IMG/VR virus record: IMGVR_UViG_3300025405_000009
Span: 1 to 64,000 of that record
Length of the DNA: 64,000 nucleotides
Reading direction: 5' to 3' (one strand)
Source of the DNA: a virus
In this document: positions 1 to 7,809 of the stretch, in pieces
Numbering within the stretch: position 1 is the first letter of the stretch
Layout of the letters: each line of letters opens with the position of its first letter
The notes under the pieces: generated by a model
Told to the model about the DNA's origin: nothing
The model's input: only the letters and a program-made list of their open reading frames with translations
Database searches by the model: none
Program-made: the position numbers and the translations under genes

Positions 1-13
1 TTATACTGAATGT

Positions 14-223
14 ATGAAAAATAAAGCAACCCTAAAGTCCGACGGCTGGTATATTATCTTTGTTAATGGTGAGGAGCAAGAGCTTCATCTAGCAGCTAAT
101 ACTAATCTTTTCATCTTCGATAAAGAGCATGATGGAGAGGGACATGTTGATATGTATCATTGTGAATCTGATGAATTTCAAGGCTCTATTTCACTTGAGC
201 CCGATCAGCTAATTCTTGCTTGA
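14..223 (+). CDS. hypothetical early protein (cassette)
   Basis: 69 aa, starts MKNK, preceded by -10 box TATACT; stop TGA overlaps next -35. Confidence 0.8.
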   Translation: MKNKATLKSDGWYIIFVNGEEQELHLAANTNLFIFDKEHDGEGHVDMYHCESDEFQGSISLEPDQLILA

Positions 224-254
224 AATTCCTTTTTGATTCCTTTATACTAATAGT

Positions 255-476
255 ATGAAAAATAAGATCGAAGATTGGTATCATAATACAAGCCGTCATG
301 ATAAGGTTGAGTACCTTAAGGAGACAACTGGAGCATGGTTTGATGAGCACTTCATTCACGAGCTGGTTACTTGGATAGGAGAGGATTCCTTCAATGAATT
401 CTTTAAGAATCAGCTAGTCCGTTATTGGGAGCTTAAGCCTGAGCCTGAGCTAATCGCTGAGATGATTGGAGAATAA
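255..476 (+). CDS. hypothetical early protein (cassette)
   Basis: 73 aa, MKNK start, promoter repeat upstream. Confidence 0.8.
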   Translation: MKNKIEDWYHNTSRHDKVEYLKETTGAWFDEHFIHELVTWIGEDSFNEFFKNQLVRYWELKPEPELIAEMIGE

Positions 477-513
477 GCTTGAAATCAAATAAGAATTCCA
501 ATATACTAATAGT

Positions 514-780
514 ATGAAAATTAACGGATACAAGAAAGAGTTCATGAAGGTTGTAACCTACCGCATTGAAGATGTTCCCGAAATAGGAACAGTTATGTAC
601 TCAGATTACTACGATGATAATGATAAGATTGTAGATTCAGTAATAAGAACAGAAGATGGACACCTTCTGTTCAGAACAGACGATGGATATGCGGGGCTTA
701 CAATAGAGGTACCATCAGTCCTAAAGGATATTCAGAACTTTATTGGTACAGAGTTTAATGCAGTTACAACATCGGTTTAA
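514..780 (+). CDS. hypothetical early protein (cassette)
   Basis: 88 aa, MKI start, promoter repeat upstream. Confidence 0.8.
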   Translation: MKINGYKKEFMKVVTYRIEDVPEIGTVMYSDYYDDNDKIVDSVIRTEDGHLLFRTDDGYAGLTIEVPSVLKDIQNFIGTEFNAVTTSV

Positions 781-821
781 GGCTTGCAGTTCAGACTATA
801 ACACTATAACATATAGACATA

Positions 822-1022
822 ATGAAAATCACAATCGATATTGATAACGGAGAGATTAGTTCAATCATTGATACGTTAAAGGATCAGGGAATTGATGTAA
901 CAATGTTCGATGTACAAGAGGCTTTAGAAGAGTACTTTCATGGAGTAATTGAGGACTTTGAAGAGTCTAGAATGGATACTGTTATTGATATGTTAATTGA
1001 TAGTGCTGATGTTCAGGAGTAG
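822..1022 (+). CDS. hypothetical acidic early protein (cassette)
   Basis: 66 aa, very D/E-rich, degenerate promoter copy upstream. Confidence 0.75.
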   Translation: MKITIDIDNGEISSIIDTLKDQGIDVTMFDVQEALEEYFHGVIEDFEESRMDTVIDMLIDSADVQE

Positions 1023-1026
1023 ATGA

Positions 1027-1045
1027 TCTATCTATCATAGATAGA
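1027..1045. terminator. Short hairpin between early gene and late gene
   Basis: TCTATCTA-tca-TAGATAGA 8-bp inverted repeat; no clear U-tract. Confidence 0.35.
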
Positions 1046-1083
1046 AGGACAAATAGATATCAATTTGAATAAGTATATTGGTA

Positions 1084-1548
1084 ATGCAAAATGATGCTCA
1101 TCTTATTTCCGAAACTTATGAACAGGTTATGATAAATGAAAGTATTGTTCCTTTTATTCCTTTAATTCTCAATCAACTCAATAACCTTCATACAACATAT
1201 AGTTCTTCTACAGGAGGTGGAACAGTTGATCCTAAAGAAGCTGTAGCTATTATTACTGCTTGTATTACTTTGATTACTCTTTCCTTAGGTGGATTTACAG
1301 CTGTATTTCTTGGAAAAGATATCGTGAATGCTATTAAAACGGCTCGTCATTGGATCCTTTCAAAGGTTACTTCTATTGATGTTAATGAGTTAGAGGAAGC
1401 AGCTAGTAAGGCAAAAGCTATTCTTAAAAATCCTTCTGAGAAGGGACAGATTACAACTTGGGTCAATAGGTTAAAAGCTGCATCTGATAAAAAAGATAGC
1501 GCTGGAATGCATAAAGCTTTTGAACACCTAACAGAACTAGTTAAGTAG
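1084..1548 (+). CDS. late protein with D-x-x-L-I-x-E-x-Y N-terminal motif and one TM segment
   Basis: ATG at 1084 (MQNDAHLISETY) after TAAGTA late-type box; hydrophobic stretch AVAIITACITLITLSLGGFTAVFLG. Confidence 0.7.
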   Translation: MQNDAHLISETYEQVMINESIVPFIPLILNQLNNLHTTYSSSTGGGTVDPKEAVAIITACITLITLSLGGFTAVFLGKDIVNAIKTARHWILSKVTSIDVNELEEAASKAKAILKNPSEKGQITTWVNRLKAASDKKDSAGMHKAFEHLTELVK

Positions 1549-1552
1549 AAGG

Positions 1553-1786
1553 TTAGGCCTCTTCCATACTAACAACCTTACCATTTAAGATCTGAAAGTA
1601 ATAAGGTTGTTTACCTGTCTCTATCTTAGTACTGTCAATGGATTGGGACAATTGGAGCTTTAAGGGTGTGTCATAAGGCCTATTGACTAGTATAGAATTA
1701 GAATCAACCTTAAGGACAACAAAAGGTCCTAGTGTATTATTAGTGATAGACTCTAGTATAGACTCAACTAAATGATTAAAAGACAT
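1553..1786 (-). CDS. hypothetical late protein
   Basis: 77 aa, TAAATA upstream on minus strand, N-terminus MSFNHLVESILES. Confidence 0.7.
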   Translation of the reverse strand: MSFNHLVESILESITNNTLGPFVVLKVDSNSILVNRPYDTPLKLQLSQSIDSTKIETGKQPYYFQILNGKVVSMEEA

Positions 1787-2221
1787 AGATAGATAGAAGT
1801 ATTTAAGATAAAAAACATATAGTCTAAAAGAAAAAAGTATATGAATTAAAAGAAAAGTACTATAGATAGGATGATCCTATAAGGAGTGATAGGTTATTAC
1901 TATAGTATAGATATATAGTTTTGAACAACGATTAGCCCCGTTTAGTTATTAAAAGCGGGCGGATTCTCCAGCCCCCCCATAGGCTATACTCACTCTACTA
2001 ATAGTCTAGAACTGTTAGAAATATAGAAATGAAAGGAAATAACTATACATGGGGTAGAATGATAGGAAGAACCTATCTATATAGAGAAAAGGTATGGAAT
2101 AGAAGGATGGGAATGTATAAACATAAGTCGATCCCAGCTCCCAAAGTTCCTAAACTGCAACATCTAGGCAAGAAACGGTTTTTTCTTGCATATTCCCCCG
2201 AATTCCTGTATAATCTCTTTA

Positions 2222-2437
2222 ATGAATAAGAAACCACCGAATTATTACGATTGCTTTATTGACTCCCTGCTTCAGCTTCCGCCGAAAGTCCGGAATGCTG
2301 TGCTTCGGGCAGCTAGTACCGTATCTACGGATGGTAACCCCTATCTTTATCTATGGAATTGTTACTCCGATATGGATAACGCTACGGGTAACTACATTAA
2401 AGAACTCTTTGATGAGTACAATCTAGCCCTAGACTAA
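2222..2437 (+). CDS. hypothetical early protein
   Basis: TTGCAT(2186)-17-TATAAT-7-ATG(2222); true start is probably MNKKPP, not the TTG at 2186. Confidence 0.7.
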   Translation: MNKKPPNYYDCFIDSLLQLPPKVRNAVLRAASTVSTDGNPYLYLWNCYSDMDNATGNYIKELFDEYNLALD

Positions 2438-2649
2438 CATATGAGAAAGTTTTTAACTAACCCATATAAGTTCTTCCTATATAAACTAGGATATGAACTA
2501 AGAGAAAACAGACCAATTTTTGACTACCTAACTCGATTTACTCATTCATCTTATTTCGAAGATAGGATGAATAATAATGACTTAGATCGGTTCGAATATC
2601 GTTTATTTTCTATATATTAGTATCTAGGTACTTCTGGAAGTATCAAGCT

Positions 2650-2678
2650 AAAAATTCGGAACCACTAACTCCTCCGAA
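2650..2678 (-). terminator. intrinsic terminator of putative ncRNA
   Basis: UUCGGAG-10 nt-UUCCGAA followed by UUUUU on minus strand. Confidence 0.6.
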
Positions 2679-2895
2679 AATGAAGTGAAGGGGGCTTGAA
2701 CTAAGATATGAGGATGACGTGAGTCAATCGGAGTACTCCCAGCTAACTAACATACATTCGTCTTACCGAACTAGCGAGCTGTTTTTAACCTGGACCCTGC
2801 TCAACGTCCCTTCTCTTATTATCCATTCATTATAGTGGCTCAGACTGGAACCTGCAATAGGAATCTGAATTACTTTCCCGAGGGATCAGAGGTCC
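2650..2895 (-). ncRNA. putative ~245-nt structured non-coding RNA
   Basis: Promoter TTGACG-17-TATAAT at 2930-2902 (minus), multiple nested helices with G-U pairs favouring the minus strand, no ORF, hairpin plus U5 at 2678-2650. Confidence 0.65.
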
Positions 2896-2901
2896 AGTCT
2901 T

Positions 2902-2930
2902 ATTATATGAAAAATCCCCGGGGACGTCAA
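2902..2930 (-). promoter_or_regulatory. sigma70 promoter divergent from the cassette array
   Basis: minus strand TTGACG-tccccggggatttttca-TATAAT. Confidence 0.85.
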
Positions 2931-2980
2931 GCTTAAAATTCAGGCTTGAAGTCCTTTATGAATTCCCTTATACTAATAGT

Positions 2981-3130
2981 ATGAAAAATAAGTACAACAT
3001 AACAAACGAAATCGAGCGCTTCAAAAAGTTCATGAATTGGTGTGAGGAGAACTTTGATAACCTTTCCGAGAAGGAACAAGACGAGATTTGTAACATTAAA
3101 AACGATCCAGACGAAATTTTTAACTGGTAA
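2981..3130 (+). CDS. hypothetical early protein, paralog of 4940..5107 (not in ORF track)
   Basis: 49 aa MKNKYNITNEIERFKKFMNWCEENFDNLSEKEQ...; promoter repeat upstream. Confidence 0.8.
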   Translation: MKNKYNITNEIERFKKFMNWCEENFDNLSEKEQDEICNIKNDPDEIFNW

Positions 3131-3159
3131 TTCCTTCCAAATTCCTTTATACTAATAGT

Positions 3160-3312
3160 ATGAAAATTGAAATACCTGATACAACGATCGAAGCCCTCAA
3201 AAATGCTCTTCAAAAAGAGCATAACATGGAAGTTAGTCAACAAGATCTTGAACGAAAGATTAACGACTTAATTTCTGATTGGGTTAGTGATCTAGAAGTC
3301 TGGGAAGATTAA
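3160..3312 (+). CDS. hypothetical early protein, paralog of 5145..5294 (not in ORF track)
   Basis: 50 aa MKIEIPDTTIEALKNALQKEHN... Confidence 0.8.
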   Translation: MKIEIPDTTIEALKNALQKEHNMEVSQQDLERKINDLISDWVSDLEVWED

Positions 3313-3349
3313 GCTTGAAGTTCCAACCAAATTCCAATATACTGAATAT

Positions 3350-3730
3350 ATGAAAAATAAGAACTATAAAGGTGTAGAAATTTATACAGGTTATAATGAG
3401 ATGTCTTTTTGTAATAAAGATGGAGACATTAGGACTTGGGTTAGTGATAAGAATGTTGGTGATTTAGGTAAACAAATTAGTAAAGAGTTAACTACTGAAT
3501 GTTATGAGTGGTTGTTAAAGGATGATGAAGAGATGACTAAAGAGACTGCTTTAGAGTATGCTAGTGAGTGGACTGATTATGTTAATGTAGTTAACGAGAA
3601 TGAAGTTTGTGTAGGTTTTAGTGAAGAGAGTATGTATTTTATTGTAAGTGAGGATAGTGAATGGTATAATAAATTGGATAAAGAAAGTGAAGAGTTAGCT
3701 GAGTACTTACAGGAGATTGATTTTGATTAA
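3350..3730 (+). CDS. hypothetical acidic early protein (cassette)
   Basis: 126 aa, MKNK start, promoter repeat. Confidence 0.8.
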   Translation: MKNKNYKGVEIYTGYNEMSFCNKDGDIRTWVSDKNVGDLGKQISKELTTECYEWLLKDDEEMTKETALEYASEWTDYVNVVNENEVCVGFSEESMYFIVSEDSEWYNKLDKESEELAEYLQEIDFD

Positions 3731-3767
3731 GCTTGAAGTTCCTTTCAAATTCCAATATACTAATAGT

Positions 3768-3950
3768 ATGAAAATAAAAGAACTAATCGAACATCTCAAC
3801 AAATTCAATCCTGAAGCTGACATCCATATGTGTGATGTGGAGTCAGAGGCTAAACTCGCTTTTTATGATATTGCTGAAGCTGAAGATGTAAAGAATACAG
3901 TTATGATTATTGTTGAGACTGATTACGATGATGAAGATGACGGAGATTAA
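3768..3950 (+). CDS. hypothetical early protein (cassette)
   Basis: Start moved to MKIKELIEHL (3768) because the upstream extension is the promoter repeat. Confidence 0.8.
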   Translation: MKIKELIEHLNKFNPEADIHMCDVESEAKLAFYDIAEAEDVKNTVMIIVETDYDDEDDGD

Positions 3951-3987
3951 GCTTGCAGTTCCAATCAAATTCTAATATACTAATAGT

Positions 3988-4203
3988 ATGAAAAATAAAG
4001 AACCACTAAACGAGAAAATCCAAAATCAAGTCACCTACCTTCCTATTCCTAAAGGAGTAGATATTGATGTAGTAGCTGAGATTATTGCTGACGATCAATA
4101 CGATCTCATCTTCCTGAAGGATGGTATATTGTGTAAGAATGATAGGGTTAAGGATGTAAAGGGAACTATTAGTGAGGCTCAAGAAGACTCTGACGAAGAA
4201 TAG
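3988..4203 (+). CDS. hypothetical early protein (cassette)
   Basis: 71 aa, MKNK start. Confidence 0.8.
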   Translation: MKNKEPLNEKIQNQVTYLPIPKGVDIDVVAEIIADDQYDLIFLKDGILCKNDRVKDVKGTISEAQEDSDEE

Positions 4204-4205
4204 AC

Positions 4206-4240
4206 TTGACATTTCCTTATAACCAAGCCATAATAATAGT
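4206..4240 (+). promoter_or_regulatory. Near-consensus sigma70 early promoter (representative copy)
   Basis: TTGACA-17 nt-CATAAT-6 nt-ATG(4241). Confidence 0.9.
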
Positions 4241-4447
4241 ATGAAAAATAAGAACAACGACCAGGAGATTAAGCACTACATTGAAGTTGATAGGTATGAA
4301 GGTACAGTTAGGATCTTGGATCTAACTAATGAAAATGAGGTAGAGAACCTTGAGTACTTCAAAGAGAATGGAGAGAAGTCTGTAGGAGAAGGTGGGTACA
4401 TTACTTGGGATGGTGAGGAGTCAATGATCATTCAAGTTCCTGCTTGA
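4241..4447 (+). CDS. hypothetical early protein (cassette)
   Basis: 68 aa, MKNKNN start. Confidence 0.8.
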   Translation: MKNKNNDQEIKHYIEVDRYEGTVRILDLTNENEVENLEYFKENGEKSVGEGGYITWDGEESMIIQVPA

Positions 4448-4516
4448 CCTTCCTTTAAAATTCAATCATAATAGAAGAGTAGAATAAGTCAACCAACAAC
4501 AACAACAAAAAACAAC

Positions 4517-4825
4517 ATGTCAACAGCAACTAAAACACCAACCGACGTTATCGACTATCTCGTAAGTTATTTCGAGACTTTTGGTAACCTTCCTACGCCA
4601 GTTATCGAATGTCAGGTATCAGGTACTGCCTATACTGCCTTTGGTACTAACCTCAAGAATAAGATTGAGAAGGCTGGAGGTATTAAGAATCTTCTTACGA
4701 CCTTCACTGGAAAGGGAGTAGTTAAGAAGAAGGAAGTTAAGTCTGAGACTAACATCGAAGCTCGACCTAAAAAGAAGACAGTTAAGGTCCAGAAGAAGGT
4801 AGTTAACGCCGATTGTCCTTTCTAA
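4517..4825 (+). CDS. basic protein, paralog of 6576..6899
   Basis: Shared core FGNLPTPVIECQVSGTAYTAFGTNLK.KIEKAGGIK.LLTTFTGKGVVKK; Lys-rich tail; leadered transcript. Confidence 0.85.
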   Translation: MSTATKTPTDVIDYLVSYFETFGNLPTPVIECQVSGTAYTAFGTNLKNKIEKAGGIKNLLTTFTGKGVVKKKEVKSETNIEARPKKKTVKVQKKVVNADCPF

Positions 4826-4847
4826 AAGAATAGCTCGGTAAAGGGAT

Positions 4848-4894
4848 AAGGAGGTGGAGGCGTTAATATGGGCCTTCACCTCTAAACCTTTTTT
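4848..4894 (+). terminator. intrinsic terminator
   Basis: GAGGTGGAGGC/GCCTTCACCTC 11-bp stem followed by taaacctttttt. Confidence 0.7.
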
Positions 4895-4939
4895 AAGAAT
4901 AGACTTGTAATTCCTTTCAAATTCCATTATCATAATAGT

Positions 4940-5107
4940 ATGAAAAATAAGAACACCGAAAAAGCCAAATACAACGTCGATACTGAGATTGAAAGGTTCG
5001 AGGACTTTATTAGTTGGGCTCAAGAGAACTTTGAAAAGCTCTCGAAAAAGAATCAATGTAAACTTGAAAACTTTTCTTACTCCGTTCAAGATACAGTCTC
5101 GTTTTAA
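4940..5107 (+). CDS. hypothetical early protein, paralog of 2981..3130 (not in ORF track)
   Basis: 55 aa, shares EIERF..F..W..ENF..LS.K.Q. Confidence 0.8.
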   Translation: MKNKNTEKAKYNVDTEIERFEDFISWAQENFEKLSKKNQCKLENFSYSVQDTVSF

Positions 5108-5144
5108 GCTTGAATGTTCCTTCTAATCCAGCCATAATAATAGT

Positions 5145-5294
5145 ATGAAAATTGAAATACCCGATACAACGATCCAAGCCCTCAAAAATGCTCTTCTTGA
5201 AGATCATAATAAGGAAGTTAATTTGACAGATCTTGAATACAAAATTAACGACCTAATTACTGAATGGGTAAGTGAGCTAGCTTGGCAAGATTAA
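5145..5294 (+). CDS. hypothetical early protein, paralog of 3160..3312 (not in ORF track)
   Basis: 49 aa MKIEIPDTTIQALKNALLEDHN... Confidence 0.8.
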   Translation: MKIEIPDTTIQALKNALLEDHNKEVNLTDLEYKINDLITEWVSELAWQD

Positions 5295-5331
5295 GCTTGA
5301 ACGTTCCTAATCATTCATTCATAATAATAGT

Positions 5332-5553
5332 ATGAAAAATAAGAACACCGAAACGATCGAACAATACGAAAACATTACTGGAGCTATCTACAAGAATCTA
5401 AAAGAGCTGAAGGAGTTGATGGCTACTAAAAATTACAAAAAGGCCCTGAAATGGGATCAGGAAGAGAATGATTGTGATAGTAATTTGCATGGTGAGTTTA
5501 GTTGCTTCATTCAAGATCTGACCGAGATTACTTACCTCATGGAGAAAGAATAA
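5332..5553 (+). CDS. hypothetical early protein (cassette)
   Basis: 73 aa, ends MEKE. Confidence 0.8.
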   Translation: MKNKNTETIEQYENITGAIYKNLKELKELMATKNYKKALKWDQEENDCDSNLHGEFSCFIQDLTEITYLMEKE

Positions 5554-5590
5554 GCTTGAAGTTCCTTCCAAATTCCTATATTATAAATTT

Positions 5591-5878
5591 ATGAAAAATA
5601 AAGTAACGTGTGGTGAAATGTCAGAATTAGTTGATGGTGCTTTGATAGATGTGAGTGATGATATTACACTTGATGATATGTATAGGATGTATGGAGATGA
5701 TTATAGTAAGGATATTATTGATATTTTATGGAAGGGTGTACTAAAGATTCGTGAAGGTGGTGGAATTGATAATCCTGATGAATATAAGATTTGTGATGAT
5801 GTTTACAATGAGTTAGAAGCTAAAGGCTTTGTTGAATGGCACCCTAGGGAAGCTCAAGCAGAAATGGAGAAAGAATAA
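5591..5878 (+). CDS. hypothetical early protein (cassette)
   Basis: 95 aa, ends MEKE. Confidence 0.8.
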   Translation: MKNKVTCGEMSELVDGALIDVSDDITLDDMYRMYGDDYSKDIIDILWKGVLKIREGGGIDNPDEYKICDDVYNELEAKGFVEWHPREAQAEMEKE

Positions 5879-5915
5879 GCTTGAAGTTCCTTCCAAATTC
5901 CCTTATACTAATAGT

Positions 5916-6128
5916 ATGAAAATTAAAACATCCAAAAAGCAAAAAGAACAATTCGCCCTTCTTATTAATGGAGAGCAATATGAAGTAGGGGATATTATGG
6001 AATGTCCTGTAGAAGGTAGTGAGGGTACGTTAGTTGGTATTGATGAGAATGAGTATCATTTTTATGCAGATGGAGAGGGATATTCACATCCTATTCCGGA
6101 TGATGTTGAGGTCATAAAATTGGCTTGA
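5916..6128 (+). CDS. hypothetical early protein (cassette)
   Basis: Start moved to MKIKTSKK (5916) directly after promoter repeat. Confidence 0.8.
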   Translation: MKIKTSKKQKEQFALLINGEQYEVGDIMECPVEGSEGTLVGIDENEYHFYADGEGYSHPIPDDVEVIKLA

Positions 6129-6159
6129 ACTTCCTTCTTAATTCCCTTATACTGATTGT

Positions 6160-6291
6160 ATGAAAATTAAGAAATGGACAGTCGAAATTAAAGAGGTCAA
6201 GGTTCGTCAACCCTTTGCCCCACTTACTAAGAAATTCAAGAACTTGAAAGCTTATAACAGAAAGCGGATGAAGCTTGCGTTCGCCGAATAG
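6160..6291 (+). CDS. small basic early protein (not in ORF track)
   Basis: 43 aa MKIKKWTVEIKEVKVRQPFAPLTKKFKNLKAYNRKRMKLAFAE; its 3' end encodes the next -35 box. Confidence 0.7.
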   Translation: MKIKKWTVEIKEVKVRQPFAPLTKKFKNLKAYNRKRMKLAFAE

Positions 6292-6309
6292 TTCCGTTAT
6301 ACTAATAGT

Positions 6310-6507
6310 ATGAAAAATATAAGAAAGCCGTTTACAGCCGGACAGGTTATGGACCAGATCATTGAATCTCTAACCGATCATGATGTAGGTTGGGTTAATG
6401 TTCATGAATCCAGTCCTGGATCTTCCCAGGCTGTAGTTAGTGTACAGTCCGTTCATGAAGAGATTTCCAATAAGAAATTCAGGATCATCGTTGTAGAAGA
6501 GGCTTGA
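6310..6507 (+). CDS. hypothetical early protein (cassette)
   Basis: 65 aa. Confidence 0.8.
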   Translation: MKNIRKPFTAGQVMDQIIESLTDHDVGWVNVHESSPGSSQAVVSVQSVHEEISNKKFRIIVVEEA

Positions 6508-6575
6508 AGTTCCAACGAATATTAATCATAATAGAAGAGTAGAATAAGTCAAACAACAACAAACACAAAACTAAA

Positions 6576-6899
6576 ATGAACAAAAACAACACGCCCGCTG
6601 AAGTGATCGAGTACCTAACTAACTATTACGAGACGTTCGGAAATCTCCCGACTCCTGTAATTGAGTGCCAAGTGAGTGGAACGGCGTATACGGCGTTCGG
6701 AACTAACTTGAAGGGTAAGATTGAGAAAGCGGGTGGAATTAAGGAGCTCCTTACTACCTTTACAGGTAAGGGAGTAGTGAAGAAGGCAGATGTTAAGAAG
6801 GAGGTAACGGCTACGATTACCCCTCGAAAGAAGACCACTAAGAAGGTCATTCACATCTCAGCTAACGACCTGGAAAAGAATCGAGTTAGTCTAGCCTAA
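6576..6899 (+). CDS. basic protein, paralog of 4517..4825
   Basis: See 4517; same upstream 29-nt block aatcataatagaagagtagaataagtcaa and CAA-rich leader. Confidence 0.85.
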   Translation: MNKNNTPAEVIEYLTNYYETFGNLPTPVIECQVSGTAYTAFGTNLKGKIEKAGGIKELLTTFTGKGVVKKADVKKEVTATITPRKKTTKKVIHISANDLEKNRVSLA

Positions 6900-6912
6900 C
6901 TCAATCAATTTT

Positions 6913-7010
6913 AGTCAAGAGCACATCTCTAGGTGAAGGATTAGGTAAGGCGGTCGGAAACGATCAAACCTCTAGCAACCTTAATAAACTAGGTAGGATG
7001 GCTCTTGACT
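6913..7010 (+). other. ~100-nt extended RNA hairpin in 3' UTR
   Basis: AGTCAAGAGC/GCTCTTGACT closing stem, inner helices CATC/GATG, ATTAGGT/ACCTTAAT, apical GTCG-GAAA-CGAT. Confidence 0.6.
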
Positions 7011-7056
7011 GAATAATTTTCTTGAAGTTCGAATTGAATTCCGTTATACTGATCGT

Positions 7057-7320
7057 ATGAAAAATAAGAACAACGAAGCAGTAACGACAATCGAATTCAA
7101 GCGCAGCCGTCATGGTGATCCCTTCGATCGCGGTTCAATGGATAGCTACTATCGCCGTAGCCGGAATCCTCATTACTTTGTCGGTGGTACTGGATGCAGT
7201 CCTCGTATTGAAGAGGCCCAGATGACCGAGCTTGAGGTGTTGGCCTATCATGCAGGGTTTGATTCGAACGAGAGGGAGGGAGACTATAAGGATTATGGAT
7301 GGGGGAATGGGCGGTATTAA
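7057..7320 (+). CDS. conserved phage hypothetical protein (RHG.PFDRGS.DSYY.R motif)
   Basis: 87 aa; motif recalled from other T4-like phage hypotheticals. Confidence 0.8.
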   Translation: MKNKNNEAVTTIEFKRSRHGDPFDRGSMDSYYRRSRNPHYFVGGTGCSPRIEEAQMTELEVLAYHAGFDSNEREGDYKDYGWGNGRY

Positions 7321-7358
7321 GCCTTGAACTTCCAACCAGAATCCCTTATACTGATCGT

Positions 7359-7619
7359 ATGAAAAATAAGAACAACGTCGGAGCACTGAAGTGGGGCAAG
7401 AAGGTCATGATCGAGAGCGGAAGCTCGGCCTGGTATGATCACTCTTATTATAGTGTGCCTTTTGTTGGCACTCTTGACGTTAGTAAGATGCGATCGGCTC
7501 TGTCAAAGAGGTATCCTAACACCGGTAATTACTTCGGAGGGTATACCACGGTTGGTGACATTTCACTTCTTAATGATGGGCATGTTAAGGTAGAGCTCAT
7601 TCACCATATAGGGAATTGA
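7359..7619 (+). CDS. hypothetical early protein (cassette)
   Basis: Start moved to MKNKNNVG (7359). Confidence 0.8.
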   Translation: MKNKNNVGALKWGKKVMIESGSSAWYDHSYYSVPFVGTLDVSKMRSALSKRYPNTGNYFGGYTTVGDISLLNDGHVKVELIHHIGN

Positions 7620-7657
7620 TGCTTGTACTTCCAACTAGAATCCCTTATACTAATAGT

Positions 7658-7771
7658 ATGAAAATTAAAGAAATCGATTCACTAGTCGTCTTGATAGCTG
7701 TCCTATCCGTTATTGGTCTTACCTGTATCAGTCTTCTTGTCTATCTTGGCATTTACATTTACAACTATTAA
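7658..7771 (+). CDS. single-TM microprotein (not in ORF track)
   Basis: 37 aa MKIKEIDSLVVLIAVLSVIGLTCISLLVYLGIYIYNY with promoter repeat. Confidence 0.7.
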   Translation: MKIKEIDSLVVLIAVLSVIGLTCISLLVYLGIYIYNY

Positions 7772-7809
7772 GCCTTGAAGTTCCAATCAAAGTCCATTAT
7801 ACTGATAGT

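Noticed and set aside
2029-2229. 66-aa ORF
   Set aside because: No promoter repeat, sits in low-complexity non-coding DNA and overlaps the promoter of 2222.
2840-2900. Hammerhead ribozyme in the ncRNA 5' domain
   Set aside because: CUGAUCC does not fit the CUGANGA core, although GAAA is present.
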